Of a stretch of DNA of 64,000 nucleotides, positions 13,506 to 27,039 are shown piece by piece. The notes under the pieces are model-generated. The model did no database searches and had not been told where the DNA came from. It saw only the letters and a list, made by a program, of their open reading frames with translations. Source of the DNA: Eledone cirrhosa (taxonomy: Eukaryota); contig OZ024748.1 in NCBI GenBank assembly GCA_964016885.1, forward strand, positions 620,001 through 684,000, in the 5' to 3' direction. How positions within the stretch are numbered: position 1 is the first letter of the stretch; each line of letters opens with the position of its first letter. The position numbers and the translations under genes are program-made.

Positions 13506-14388
13506 ATGCTGGGTAAATATTCTATAGCTGTTGATCGTGAATAGATGGCTGTCGTTTATTTATCTATTATTTCTTCATAGGTGCCTTTTAATCTTATAGC
13601 CTGGTTTAATTGTTTTTTTTGTGGTTGATTATGCTGTTTGGGAGAGGAAATAGTGTATATATCTTATCAAATGATTCTATGGACATAATTTATAGTATAT
13701 CGCTCTGATTATTTAATTTATTAATTCATCATTGAGCCACATCATGAATGGTTGCCAAAAACATATATATCTATGACTTTGTCTAGTTTGTGTATATGTA
13801 AATCTTTATATTTGATAATCTCTCATAAGGTTGAGATGCAATTTAGGCAATATTAGGCTGCGCTTTCTAGCAACCAGCCCACTCGCCGTAAGGCACCAAT
13901 CACATTCTTTCTGACTTGACCACTGCCACGTCACAGTTTTAGCCATTTTGAATTCGTTTCTTGCGGGGATCATTTAAGAAAAATCTTCGTCCAAGTAAGT
14001 TTGTTTCCTGATGATTTCGAAGCTCAGAAATTTATCCTTGATCGGATATTTCCAAAAAGCGAATGAAACCCTAAAGGGTAGAAACGTAATCCTGGTATGT
14101 TTATATGCATTTTTTCTTCTAACTTTAATTTTATACCTAATTGTGTATGGTTGACGATAGATTTAATCGATTTCCATGTGGTATTGAAATGCTGGGTAAA
14201 TATTCTATAGCTCTTGATCGCAAATAGATGGCTGTCATTTATTTATCTATTATTTCTTCATAGGTGCCTTTTAATCTTATAGCCTGGTTTAATTGTTTTT
14301 TTTTTTGTGTGGTTGATTATGCTGTTTGGGAGAGGAAATAGTGTATATATCTTATCAAATGATTCTATGGACATAATTTATAGTATAT
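13506..14388 (+). mobile_element. Non-coding ~683-bp unit with ~195-bp terminal direct repeat and internal hammerhead (retrozyme-like or PLE pLTR partial tandem)
   Basis: 13506-13700 repeated at 14189-14388; flanked by (TA)n; no ORF. Confidence 0.8.
14003..14085 (+). ncRNA. Type I hammerhead ribozyme with extended helix II
   Basis: gtttc-CTGATGA-tttcg...cgaat-GAAA-ccctaaaggg-TA-gaaac. Confidence 0.8.
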
Positions 14389-14491
14389 ATATATGTATAG
14401 TAATAATAAATGTGAAGACTAAAATCTGAAGAGGGCTTGATAAGGATTATATATATTTATACACACGCACATATATATTACTTGGACAGTT

Positions 14492-14545
14492 GGCTTCCTG
14501 ATGATTATTTCTCTCGAATGAAACAGTTCTAGTCCTGTAGAAGCC
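14492..14545 (+). ncRNA. Type I hammerhead ribozyme in a short pLTR remnant (~14480-14628)
   Basis: ggcttc-CTGATGA-..-GAAA-cagttctagtcctg-TA-gaagcc; helix II eroded. Confidence 0.7.
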
Positions 14546-14700
14546 TTTTCTATATTAAATATTTATACTCTGCTTTGTATTGAGTACCTTACTTACTGTG
14601 GTTACCCCCGATTGAACGCGGGCTAAATTTATATATATATATACACAGACACACAATATATACATATATATATAGTGAAATATATATAGTGATATATATA

Positions 14701-15048
14701 TATAAAGAAAAAAGGATGAAATCGAAAATGCAACTGGACTCTCATTTAAAAAAAAATATATATATTTATTTGGTTCCTTTACCGGTTTCGCAGTTCTTCT
14801 GATTTTCAAAAGTAGAGTTGAGATGGAGGGTCTGTGGTTTTTCTCACATCTGCCAGACCCTCCATCTCAACTCTACTTTTGAAAAGCAGAAGAACTGTGA
14901 AACCGGTAAAGGAACCAAATAAATATATATATATTTTTTTAAAAATAAGACTCCAGTTGCATTTTCGATTTTATCTTTTTTTCTTTATACTTTCACTCGT
15001 GTAGGAAGGACACCTCGGTTATTTTTCATTTTGTAAAAAAACCCTCAC

Positions 15049-15055
<7 letters not shown>
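14701..15055. mobile_element. Fold-back PLE remnant (Neptune-like pLTR) with tail
   Basis: Arms ~14701-14834 and ~14854-14989, tail to 15055, in (TA)n; variant hammerhead fold at 14876-14911 resembles 21278-21313. Confidence 0.75.
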
Positions 15056-15085
<30 letters not shown>

Positions 15086-15086
15086 A

Positions 15087-15164
<78 letters not shown>

Positions 15165-15499
15165 GTATAATATGTATATATATGTATAATATACATGTCT
15201 ATGTATGTTTACCATATTAGCTAACAGTGTATCTTCAATAGTAGGTCTCTGTCTCTTATTTGACTTTCTGGGGAGGTGGGAAGGTGGCTGGGTGTTCTAT
15301 TGATAGATAAATATATAAATAGACTGACATAGTTTGATGGGGGAGAGGTGCAATGCTGTTGTTGTTGTTGTTGTTGTTGTATTGTATTGTATTGTTTTGT
15401 TGTTGGTGTTGATGATTGTGTTTTTATGGTTGTTGTGTCTTAATATTGTTCTCGTATTCTTGTAATGTTGCAACTGTTATGTCTCTTTGCATCTGTTGT

Positions 15500-15534
<35 letters not shown>

Positions 15535-15752
15535 TTAAATGGTAGACTGAAACAGACTTAGTATGATACAGTCTTTTGGCACAGTTCTCTCTCTCTCTCT
15601 CCTCTGCCTCCTCTCTTTCCCCTCTTCCCTATTCTACCTCCAGCCATCTTTTGGTTCATTATCTTACTGATACCAGACAGTAAATAGAACAAGATAAACA
15701 TATATATATATATATATATATATACATACATATATATATGTATGTATATATG

Positions 15753-15848
<96 letters not shown>

Positions 15849-15912
15849 CATATATATATATATACATATAGATATATATATAAATATATGTATGTATATA
15901 TGCATACATATA

Positions 15913-15946
<34 letters not shown>

Positions 15947-15961
15947 CATACATATACATAC

Positions 15962-16245
<284 letters not shown>

Positions 16246-16426
16246 TATATATATAGAGAGAGAGAGACAGAGAGAGAAAGAGAGAGACTTATACATACAT
16301 ACACACATATATATATATCGAGAGAGAAAAGAAAGAAGAAAGCAGGTAATAAAAAACCTTGATCACATTGAAGTAAAGAATATACTGTTTACTTATTTTC
16401 TCTCTCACTCTCCCCCCAGGCAACAG

Positions 16427-16508
<82 letters not shown>

Positions 16509-16567
16509 ATACACATATATATATATATTCATAGATGCATGTATACATGTATATGTGTATATATGTA

Positions 16568-16635
<68 letters not shown>

Positions 16636-17387
16636 TACATATAGACACATATATATGTATACACACACATATATACATAGACACACACATATATATATAC
16701 ACATGTACAAACATACATATATACATTTATACGCACATATGTAGATATATACACATTTATATACACACATATACAAATACATGCTTATATATATATACAC
16801 ACATATTTACATATATACACATATATATGCCCACATATATACCTATATACATACACATATATATAACAGTTGGTGATAAAAAAGTAGAAACAGAGTAAGT
16901 GTTTTACATGCAATGAGATGTTATTCCAGATGTCAAATCTTTTTAGTGGCCTCTTACGACAGTGAAATATGGTGTACCTATTAAAAAACCCCATAATAAT
17001 ATTACTTTGATCAATATTATATTTATGTCTCTATGTATAGCACTTTAATTTCTCATGGCTCCAGTCTGCTTGGCTGATAACAGGTTCAAACCTTCCTAAT
17101 TAGTAACATTACATTTGTGTTATTGGATGAGATACTTTGAAGGCTTTTGTCTGATTCTATCTTCTATGTTCTATTTATATTTATATATAATAATTGTTTT
17201 AATGGTTTCTGATTTAGGCAAAGGGCCAGCAGTTTTAGGGAAGGGGAAAGTCGATTAAATCGATCCCTAGTGCATTACTGGTGCTTTATTGTGGGTGTCA
17301 ATTGTTTTTCATAAACATCCTGTATACAACATGTACATATATGTGAATAACACTATGCTGGAGCACCTATACTAAATATATATATAA

Positions 17388-17422
<35 letters not shown>

Positions 17423-17426
<4 letters not shown>

Positions 17427-17893
17427 GTTCAAGAGTAACCAATCTTAAAGAGAGAGATGGAGATAGGAGAGGAGAGATTGGTGAATTAGTTAGAAGCCAT
17501 AGGCAGATCTCACACAATGCAGCCTCGACAAAAGAATACTGCTTGATTATGGCAGACAATTGATACACCCAGGACACCATAGTGAAATACCAATATATGG
17601 AACATTACATTATGTAACATTCTTTCCTTATTTTAATTTATATTCCTTTGAAATTCCGATGAGCCGCTCTGTCTTTAACTATGTTAATTATTTTCAACTG
17701 AACCAGATCAATAATGATATAGAGTCATTTGATCCAGAAATATTATATGGAGTAGCGAAACAATTGTAAACGGACATTATTATTATTAATATTATTATTA
17801 TTCTCTACATTCCTTACATCAAACTAAAATATGTTGACAATCTTTTAATAATGTCTTCCTTGTGAAATTTGTGGTCTTGTTTTGCTTAACTAA

Positions 17894-17897
<4 letters not shown>
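17423..17897. mobile_element. PLE remnant: inverted tail end plus pLTR with long-helix-II hammerhead fold (17653-17771)
   Basis: 17423-17498 matches 37905-37993; 17778-17899 is the reverse complement of 38085-38205. Confidence 0.7.
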
Positions 17898-17959
<62 letters not shown>

Positions 17960-17961
<2 letters not shown>

Positions 17962-19069
17962 ACAACTCTAGAAAATGTAACTGTACAATCAAATCAAACT
18001 GCCCTTTAAAAAATAATTGTTTAGACAAAAACGTAGTTTATAAATGCACAGTTAAAACTATATTGGTGCCACTTCAACAAAATTCAAAGAACGTTGGAAT
18101 AACCATAAACACACATTTAAGAGATCCGATAAAAAATATTCTACTTCACTTTCACATCTAATTTGGAACTTAAAAGACAACAATATAGACTATTCAATAT
18201 CTTGGAGAACGATTTCGAAAGCACTTGCATACCGAAATATGGCTTTCTCAAGATTCTGTAACTTGTGTATCGAAGACATTTTTTATATAATTAACTGTCA
18301 AAACTCTGTTAATCTTAGAACAGAATTATTTTCTTCTTGCACACATCGCCAAAATTCCAGGTTCAGAACTATTTTTAATTTATAATACTCCTATACACCT
18401 TCAAAATGATCCTATCTTCTTTAAAAATTTAAATGTAGATTTAAACATTTTTTTATATTTTAAATATTTCTAATATTTCTAATTTTTTTAATATTTCTAA
18501 TATTTTTACCTTTTAACATTAATGTTTTTAATATATATATATATATTTTTAAAAATTTTTAATTCTGACATTATTTTCCTAATGACACCGCTCTAAATAT
18601 ATTTTTTTAGTTGTAGATTGATAATCTTTAATTGACATTCTGAAAATTTATCCTCTTTACGATAGTTCTTCGAAATAAACTTTCACACATCTTTCGACTA
18701 AAATAATTAATCTCACACAAAATAATAAATAATTTTCTCTATATATTTTCTGAGTTAATCACTCATCAAATTTAACGGTTCACAAACAAAATTGGAGTTA
18801 TCTTTCCTTTCTCAATCGTGCAAACATAAACATATTATGTACGATAATATATATAACTTCGCTAAATTAACAATATTCTGAAAACATTTTCAATGTTGAA
18901 CAAAATATTCGAATCTAAAACTTGTTCTCCTCTCACAACTTGAACCACCTGTTTTTTTTAATGTAAAATACAAAATCAACATTCTTCGTAACTCATATTA
19001 GAAATATAAACAATTAATAATTGTAAATTATTTCTATTTCTATAATACTAATACATGCACAATTATTAA

Positions 19070-19070
<1 letters not shown>
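17960..19070 (+). mobile_element. Penelope-like (Naiad-type) element 3' fragment: GIY-YIG endonuclease plus AT-rich 3' region
   Basis: CNC..CPL..C...VVYKC, frameshift, IGATSTKFKERWNNH..TSLSHLIWNLKD..FCNLC..NLRTELFSSCTH; right boundary approximate. Confidence 0.85.
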
Positions 19071-19118
<48 letters not shown>

Positions 19119-19187
19119 CACAGTCCACGCTGTAATGTGGCCGTGTAGGTAACACGGTAAAAAGTTTCCAGTAAGAGTGCCGTAACA

Positions 19188-21427
19188 GGTGTTTTTATTG
19201 GAGACTATAGTACAGATTCTCTTGGCTAAGTTGTAGGGAATATTAATTTTAACGTGTCTAGGGTGGCAAGAGTTGAAAGGAAGATATTGCTTGGAGTCTG
19301 TGGGCTTGTAGTATATGTCTGTTTCTATTTTTTTGTTATGAATCTTAATGAGGATGTCGAGGAAGGGGAGTTGTTGATGGCTGTATTCCATCGTAAAGTT
19401 AATATTCGTGTTGAGCCCATTTATAAGGGTGTGAAATTCTTTAAGTTTCTCGGCTACAAGAACTAAAGGACACACTCATAGGCAGGGATTACCCTGCATC
19501 ACTAATTGACAATGGAATCCAACGTGCCCTAAAACTCAGTACCCAGGACCTTAGACACCCTAAAGTAAATCAACCGAAACTAAAAGCTCTTCCATACATC
19601 TCCACACACAACCCCCTCAACAATGAGGCCTTTGATACCATCATCCAGAACATCCCTGTGTTAAAAAAGGACCATAGAATGAACCAAATCCTTCGAACAC
19701 GCGATATCATAAAGAGCAAAAGACAATCTAAGTCAATGAAAAACATCCTAACACATGCCAAAGTACTGCCAACCACAACAACGAAACCCACAGTAAAAAA
19801 AATGCGATAGACCCAACTGTGGCATATGCATCAACCTAATAGACGGTTCGGAATTCTATTTCAAAGAAGGACAACGTTTTATAGTAAAACACAATTTCAC
19901 ATGCGCATCAGAAAATCTAATATATGTATTAACTTGCTCAGGTTGTCGAGAACAATACATAGGCCAGACAAAAAACAGCCTCCGCCACCGCATGACTGCC
20001 CATAGATCCCAAATTAAAATACGGGAATACAGAAAAATACCACTGAGTGAACACATTGATACCTGTGCCACCCAAAATCATCCCAACTTTAGAATCTTTC
20101 CCCTCTACAAATTTAACGATAATGCCACCCACACCCAGCGCATCAGCAAGGAATCTCACTTTATTAACAAATACGGACCCCGTCTAAACACTTCTCCCTA
20201 AGACGAACCCACAACATACACACGTCAACATACATACCTACATCAGCATACATCCTACATACATTTCTATCCACATATAAACACAATGACATACGTAAAC
20301 ACACATGTTCTATGGTGCAACACAAATATACACAAATTTGCATACCTTTTGATGTCTATAGATATAAACGTGTCGACACACACATACATATACGCACACT
20401 GATGGGCACATACATATTTGTACACAAGTATTCCCATACGGCAGGGCCTAATGGATTCCCCTTGCAGTACATACAATCTGGACACTCACACACACCTTGG
20501 TGTTATGACAATACTATACATCATTTCACCCCTTTTATTATTAATGTTTTTTTGAGAGAATCGTTTTTGCAAATTACTGAAAATATCAAATAATATACAC
20601 CATTTTTACCAGTATCACAAAAATACTGGTCCATCCACACACACACACACATATATACACACACACATATATACACACACACATACACTAACATACAAAC
20701 AGACATATACACACACACACTTCTCCGTATAAGACAAGAGCTGAAAAATATATTTCAACATGTTAAAATATCCCCCACACACATACAGACACATTCCTAC
20801 TGACCGAATCCCTCTACCACGAACCACTCTGTTACACACACACACACACATATTATTCTTAATAGACACCTGAACTGTTGACCTTTCAACATGACTGCAA
20901 TTCACACACACATCCCTACTGACCATTATCACAACAATGAACCTCTTTACTACACACATACACATATTTGTCTTAAAAGACTTATTTTTCAGTGACTTCT
21001 CAATCAGGCGAAAAAGGACACTCTTCAACAAACCTACATTTGGCGCAAAATCAATTTTTAACATTCATGTGACCTCTACCAACCAATCAAAATTGTTTTG
21101 ACTACAAGAATTTTTGCAACACCAATTGGCGCAAAACTTATAGTACTCGTTCACGTGACATTCAACAACCAACCAATTCTTAATACCTCTGGAGCCACTT
21201 TTTTCACATAAAACAGGTAGAATTTCCAAAACTGATCAGATTAGAGCAAACATCACGGGCGCTCTATCTCAAAATTATTTTTGAAAAGCATTAGAAATGC
21301 GCAACCGGTAAAAACTTAAAACTAAAACTGAATACTAACCAATACTTATTACTAATTTTTACTTATTCCTAATTAAACTATTTTTCACTGGGAAAAATTT
21401 GTCAGCATTTTCTTTTCCTTTTACTAA
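19188..21427 (+). mobile_element. Penelope-like (Neptune-type) element with inverted 5' segment
   Basis: 19188-19452 minus strand: LPFLDILI..YYKPTDSKQYL..CHPRH..IPYNLAKRI; 19452-20201 plus strand: C..C..C zinc linker, NLIYVLTC..C..QYIGQT..R...HRS..E..FI..LN (GIY-YIG); pLTR with hammerhead-like fold at 21278-21313. Confidence 0.9.
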
Positions 21428-21554
21428 TATATATATATATATATACTTATATATATATATATATTCATATATATATATATAGGTTCACTTCAGTCTCGAG
21501 GTGTATATATATATATACACTTATATATATTTAATTATATTTATATATATTTAT

Positions 21555-22257
21555 TGGATGTGTAATAGTAATATACGTGAACGGCAAAGCATAAATGAAC
21601 TAAGGGAAAAATTAGAAATAAGAGGGATCAGATGTTGTTTACTCGAGAGAAGACTACGTTGGTATGGTCACGTGATGCGCATGAAAGACGACAGCTGTAT
21701 AAAAAAGTGCAGGGCAATAAAAATAGACGGTAGCCATGGAGTAGGCAGACCCAGAAAAACCTGGGACGACTTGATAAATTCTGACCTCACACACTTACAC
21801 CTCTCCAAGACAATGTCACTGGACCGAGATCTTTGGCGCTACACAGTAATAGAGAAGACCCGCCTTGCCTAAGTACAAAGTGAAACCTACTACAGTCAGT
21901 AGGCACCTCTAACAAAATACACCCCCGTCCCACTACCCCCACCCCATCCACACCACCCCTTTTAATGTAAAGTTATGTTGGTACCACAACATCCAGCCCG
22001 AAACAAATGAGGTCGTGTAGGTGTCACGACAAAAAAACACACAGTCCACGCTGTAATGTGGCCGTGTAGGTAACACGGTAAAAACCTCCCAGTTCCACAC
22101 TGTAAATGTGGTTGGTGTTAGGAAGGGCATCCAGCCGTAGAAAACCCGCCAGACAGTCCTATGCGAGCAAGACAACCACTCTTGCCTCAAGTGGGAAAAC
22201 TCCCATCCAAACCCATGCAAGCATGGAATATAGACGTTAAACGATGATGATGATGAT
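21555..22257 (+). mobile_element. RTE LINE 3' fragment
   Basis: WMCNSNIRERQS..RLRWYGHVMRM..GRPRKTW; 3'UTR with (ATG)n tail; same family as 10789-11646. Confidence 0.92.
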
Positions 22258-22523
22258 CATGATGATGATCATGACTATGTCTGCTTTATCACAGTTTTTT
22301 TAAAATAAACTAAATATCAACAGACAGTTTGTTTTCAAACCCATTTTTTACACTTAATTTAACATAGTTGGAATGGTTTCTATAAACTGGGCTGATTTGC
22401 ATAATGATTTTACTGATTTGCATATTGATTCTAGCTAATTTACATATTGCAAGACGATTAATTGGTATTTCATAGATGGACATTCCTTCTCTCCAACAGT
22501 TGTTTCTTATCACTGGACTGTGT

Positions 22524-22576
<53 letters not shown>

Positions 22577-22620
22577 TCAGACACACATATATACACACAC
22601 CACACACACACACATATATA

Positions 22621-23058
22621 TCATCATCATCATCATCATTTTACGTCCACTTTTCCTTGTGTGCAAGAGTGGGACAGGTCTTCTTCAGCATAGCATCTCT
22701 CCATTCGTCACGGCCCTTCGTTATCTCCTCTGTGAGCTTCAGCGATCTGAGGTCAGCTTTCACCACCTCTGCCCATGTTTTTCGTGGTCTTCCTCTACTG
22801 CACCTTCACTGCACCGGGATTTCTTGGCACTTCTTCACCCAGTGGTCATCTTCCACGCGCATTACATGGCCATACCAACGCAGTCTTCTCTCATGCACAC
22901 TACAGTTTATCCCTCTTATACACAGTTTCACTTTCAACTCGTCCATGCTTGGTTGTTCACGTGCATTGACATCCATCGGAGCATGCTTGCTTCCTTTCTC
23001 TCCACTCTTCGCATATCCTCTGCAGTTGCTGCCCATGTCTCACTATCATGCCGTATCA
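22621..23058 (-). mobile_element. RTE LINE 3' fragment, different subfamily
   Basis: ERRLRWYGHVMRVEDDHWVKKC..RGRPRKTWAE; short 3'UTR ending GGACGTAAAATGATGAT. Confidence 0.85.
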
Positions 23059-24046
23059 TAAACCTCACAACAGTCTATAACTTTCCAGAAACCCCACAAC
23101 AGAGCAGAACTTCCCACAAATCAACACAATGGGACATATGCTCCCACAACACAACACCCCACAACAGAGCATGACCTCTCACATCCCCCCACAACAGAGC
23201 ATAACCTCCCACATCACCATGCAACACTCTACAACACGCCACAACAGACAACAGCAGGCAATACACAAACAATAATCTGGCATTGATCACCTCTCAACAA
23301 CAGAACACAACTCAAAACATTAACTACCACACTGATATACACACACAGTCAAACACACAATCACACACACTGAAACACACACATTCATACTCATACACAC
23401 AGAGTCAAACACACAGATACACACTCACACACAGACAGAATGATAGACCCAAACACACACATTCACACACATATACACACACACACATACACATACACAC
23501 ACACATTCACACACACACATACACATTCACACACACACTAATACATACACACACACTGATAGAAAAACACACATACACACACACACACTGACACACACAC
23601 ACTAACACACACACACACACACACTGATAGAAAAGCACACTTATACACACACATTCAGTAATCTTCTAAAATGTAGTGGAAGTGACTAAACTATAGTAAA
23701 CAGTTTTAAACTGTTTCCTAAAATAAAACTCATCGATAATTGTCAATAAAGAAAATAATATTGATTAGGAAAAGTTTTTTTTTTGTTTAAACCTTCTTTT
23801 AGTGTTTTTGTTTTATTTTTATTTTATTTTTTCCCACTAGAAATTCTTCAACAAAAATAAAGAATTTTGATAAATTATTATAAAAATTAGTAAAAATAAA
23901 TTAAAATATAAATAAATTAGGAAAAATAGAAAAATCAAATAAAATAACATTTAAAAACTTGATTAAATAACATAAAATAGAGAAATAAAATAAAATTAAA
24001 TTAAATAGAGAAAATAAAAAAAATAAAATAAAATAATCTTCTTTGC

Positions 24047-24285
24047 CCAGAATCCTCAAACCCTCCTTCCAGCAGGTCCTGTCAGAAACAACAATCTCCA
24101 ACTGATCCGACTGGATCCCTAAGCGAGATCAGCTAAGCTCATGGATGTTATCCAACCATCTTGTTCTGGGTCTACCCCTGGGTCTCCTACCTGTTGGTTT
24201 TGCCAGTAAAATCTGTCCAACAATTCTTTACTGAGACATTCTAACCACATGACCATAGTATCGGAGCTGTGATCTCTCAATTCAG
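24047..24285 (-). mobile_element. Old RTE-like LINE C-terminal fragment
   Basis: Minus strand translates IERSQLRYYGHVVRM..GRRPRGRPRTRWLD..DRTCW, with stops. Confidence 0.75.
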
Positions 24286-24796
24286 AGAATAGTAAAGAAA
24301 GAAAAAGAAAAATAATAAAATGAAATCTTTATTTAGTTATTGAAAACAAAAATGACTGATAAATATTTACATTTTGTTTTTTGTGTAGTTCTTCTTTTTT
24401 TTGTGGAAACAGGGTTGAAAAGGTTGGAAAAAATAAGGATTTATAATTTAGGCACAAGGCCAGCAATTGTAATGTATAAATACATACATTTCTGCCTGGA
24501 TTTATGACCGATAGATAGTATTAGCAATTGCAAAGACCAATGGAAACATTGTTTCCTTGGTCCAATTTGATGAGCTCCACCCAACTCGTTAAGCAAATGA
24601 GGTCTGGGATCTTGTCAATCGACTGTTATATATATATATATATCCAGGGAGTGTAACGCGTTACTACAACAGAGGTCCAACGAGCTTTTGATTCCAGAGT
24701 CGGGCCAGATCGATACAGATCAAATCTTGAGTTGATCAATAGTGAAATGCACGTCACCATCCAATAAACGTAATGAAGACTTAACCAATCGTCCTT

Positions 24797-24877
<81 letters not shown>

Positions 24878-24880
<3 letters not shown>

Positions 24881-26153
24881 ATAATAATAAATTTGAAGAC
24901 TAAAATCCAAAGAGGGCTCGATAAGGATAAATATATATCAAATATATAAAGAACCGTAGAGCAAATATTTATTAAAATAACAGATTAAAGTTTAAGCAAA
25001 GAATCGCTGCTTTCACCCTTAACGGGATCTTCTGAAACTAACAAAGTCAATCTGTAAACGCAGAACCGGATATTTCAAAAAGCGTTGCAACCGGAGGAAG
25101 ACAGGAAGACGATACTTTGGTTCGTGGAAACGTTCGCTATGCAAATAAGCTCTTGCTCGAAGTGGATTTGTCGATAAGGTAGCATATACAGAGTACGAAA
25201 ATAGACCTAGAAGAAATAGATCCCATCGCATTTGTTGGTATAACCCACCATATAATATGGAGGTGGCCACACCATAAGCTAAGATCTTTCTTTCCCTTAT
25301 TACGAAGCATTTTCCCCCTACACATAAATATAGTAAAATTTTTAATAGAAATACTATTAAAATTTCTTACTCTACGACTCCTAACCTTGCACATAACATC
25401 ACAGCTTCAAATTTAGCTAAACTACCTAGCCGTAGGAACACGTGCAACCCTGTAGTTAGTACTAACTGTAATTGTAGGAATCGGGTTGATTGCCCCCTAT
25501 CCGGGAAATGCCTCTCTAGTAACATTGTCTACAAATGTAAGGTTGTAACACCCATAGGGCCTACATAGGGTTAACCGCCAATAGATTCAAGCAGCGTCTT
25601 TACATGCATACCCATTCTTTTCGTTACCCTCTAAGAAGGAATATGACGTCACTTTCAGCTTATATCTGGAGTCTAAAAGACAACCACACCCAATATAAGT
25701 TACACTGGGAGATCCTAGCTAGGGCTAGATCGTATAATGGAAATAAAAGACCATGTGACCTCTGCGCCGCTGAGGCCCTGGAAATACTCTACGCCACAGA
25801 CCACATCTTAAACAAAAAATCTGAGGCAATTTCGGCTTGTAAACATAAATTGCACAAAACTTTCCTGTATTACAGCCCCACGTTATACCCTAACGGATAG
25901 TACGATCTATACGTGGATATTTTACATCTTGATGTGGGAGCTAAGTATATGTTTTGTTTATTCCTTTACTTATTTGCATAGCAAATGTTTCCACGAACCA
26001 AAGTATCGTCTTCCTGTCTTCCTCCGGTTGCAACGTTTTTTGAAATATCCAGTTCTGCGTTTACAGATTGACTTTGTTAGTTTCAGAAGATCCCGTTAAG
26101 GGTGAAAGCAGCGATTCTTTGCTTAAACTTTAATCTGTTATTTTAATAAATAT
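24878..26153 (+). mobile_element. Naiad-type PLE 3' fragment flanked by inverted pLTRs, with tail at left
   Basis: Arms 24965-25149 and 25970-26153; internal WYNPPY..KIFNRNTIKISYS..CNC..CPL.G.C..IVYKC..YIGLT..FKQR..TSLSAYIWSLKD..CDLC..LNKKSE..CKH. Confidence 0.9.
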
Positions 26154-26174
26154 ATATATATATATATATATATA

Positions 26175-26475
26175 GTAAGAATATTTATATATGTTTGATA
26201 CAACTATAAATGTGGAGGGTAGTACTAAGTACTAGTCGGTTACCGGTATGACAAAAGACTCAATGCAAATTTTCAAGTGTTTTACAGAGCCAAGATACAA
26301 AGTGTTACAACGATCAAATTTTAGTTTAGAACATTTATTTGCTGACAATTGTTTCTTCCAGAGGGAGGTCTGGAATCATCGGAGCATATTCTCCGATGAT
26401 TCCAGACCACCCTCTGGAAGAAACAATTGTCAGCAAATAAAAGTTCTAAACTAAAATTTGATCGTTGTAACACTT

Positions 26476-26480
<5 letters not shown>
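26175..26480. mobile_element. Fold-back hammerhead-bearing PLE remnant (tail plus ~92-bp arms)
   Basis: Arms 26295-26384 and 26391-26480; CCGATGA-ttccaga..tctggaa-GAAA-caattg-TC fold on both strands. Confidence 0.8.
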
Positions 26481-26518
<38 letters not shown>

Positions 26519-27039
26519 TAACTCTCAACAAGATCAACAGATTATAATCAACAGTTTAACCACCTCCAAATTTTCTGGCCTTTCCTTGTACCAATGTCAG
26601 TATCTTATTAATATTCCCCATTCCAGAACAGAGATGAGGTCATATGGAAAGGGGTTGATAAAATAAGCAATAATAGGGGACTAGATTTTGAAGTAATCTC
26701 TATGTGTCCTTCTCTGCCTTCCATAATTTGTGGCTTTGTGTTTATGTCAAAAATAATTACAGTTGTTGTTGGAAAGAGGACTTGGCAGCTTGCCCTAGAT
26801 ATACACTTTATAAAACTGCTGTCCAGGATAGTATTGGTGGAGGGGGAGGAGACAAAGGTCCCCACCCCACCGGTACACACCATGATGCAAAAGGATAGGG
26901 AGGTGTGATGGGTACTAATCTCTTTATGTCTTCATAAGAAAATTTATAACTACCACCAATAGTGAATTGGCAGAGTTGTTCAGAATGTGACTGCTTCTGT
27001 GTTCTGTGTTCAAATCCTGCTTAGATCAAATTTGCTTTT

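Noticed and set aside
16900-16980. Possible exons here and at ~4440-4470, 29110-29220, 32168-32290 and 56085-56147
   Set aside because: Only partial splice-like signals and no recognisable peptide; insufficient support.
25153-25900. Selenocysteine recoding, reported for some Naiad PLEs
   Set aside because: The visible Cys positions are TGT/TGC codons; no in-frame TGA at conserved Cys sites was seen.
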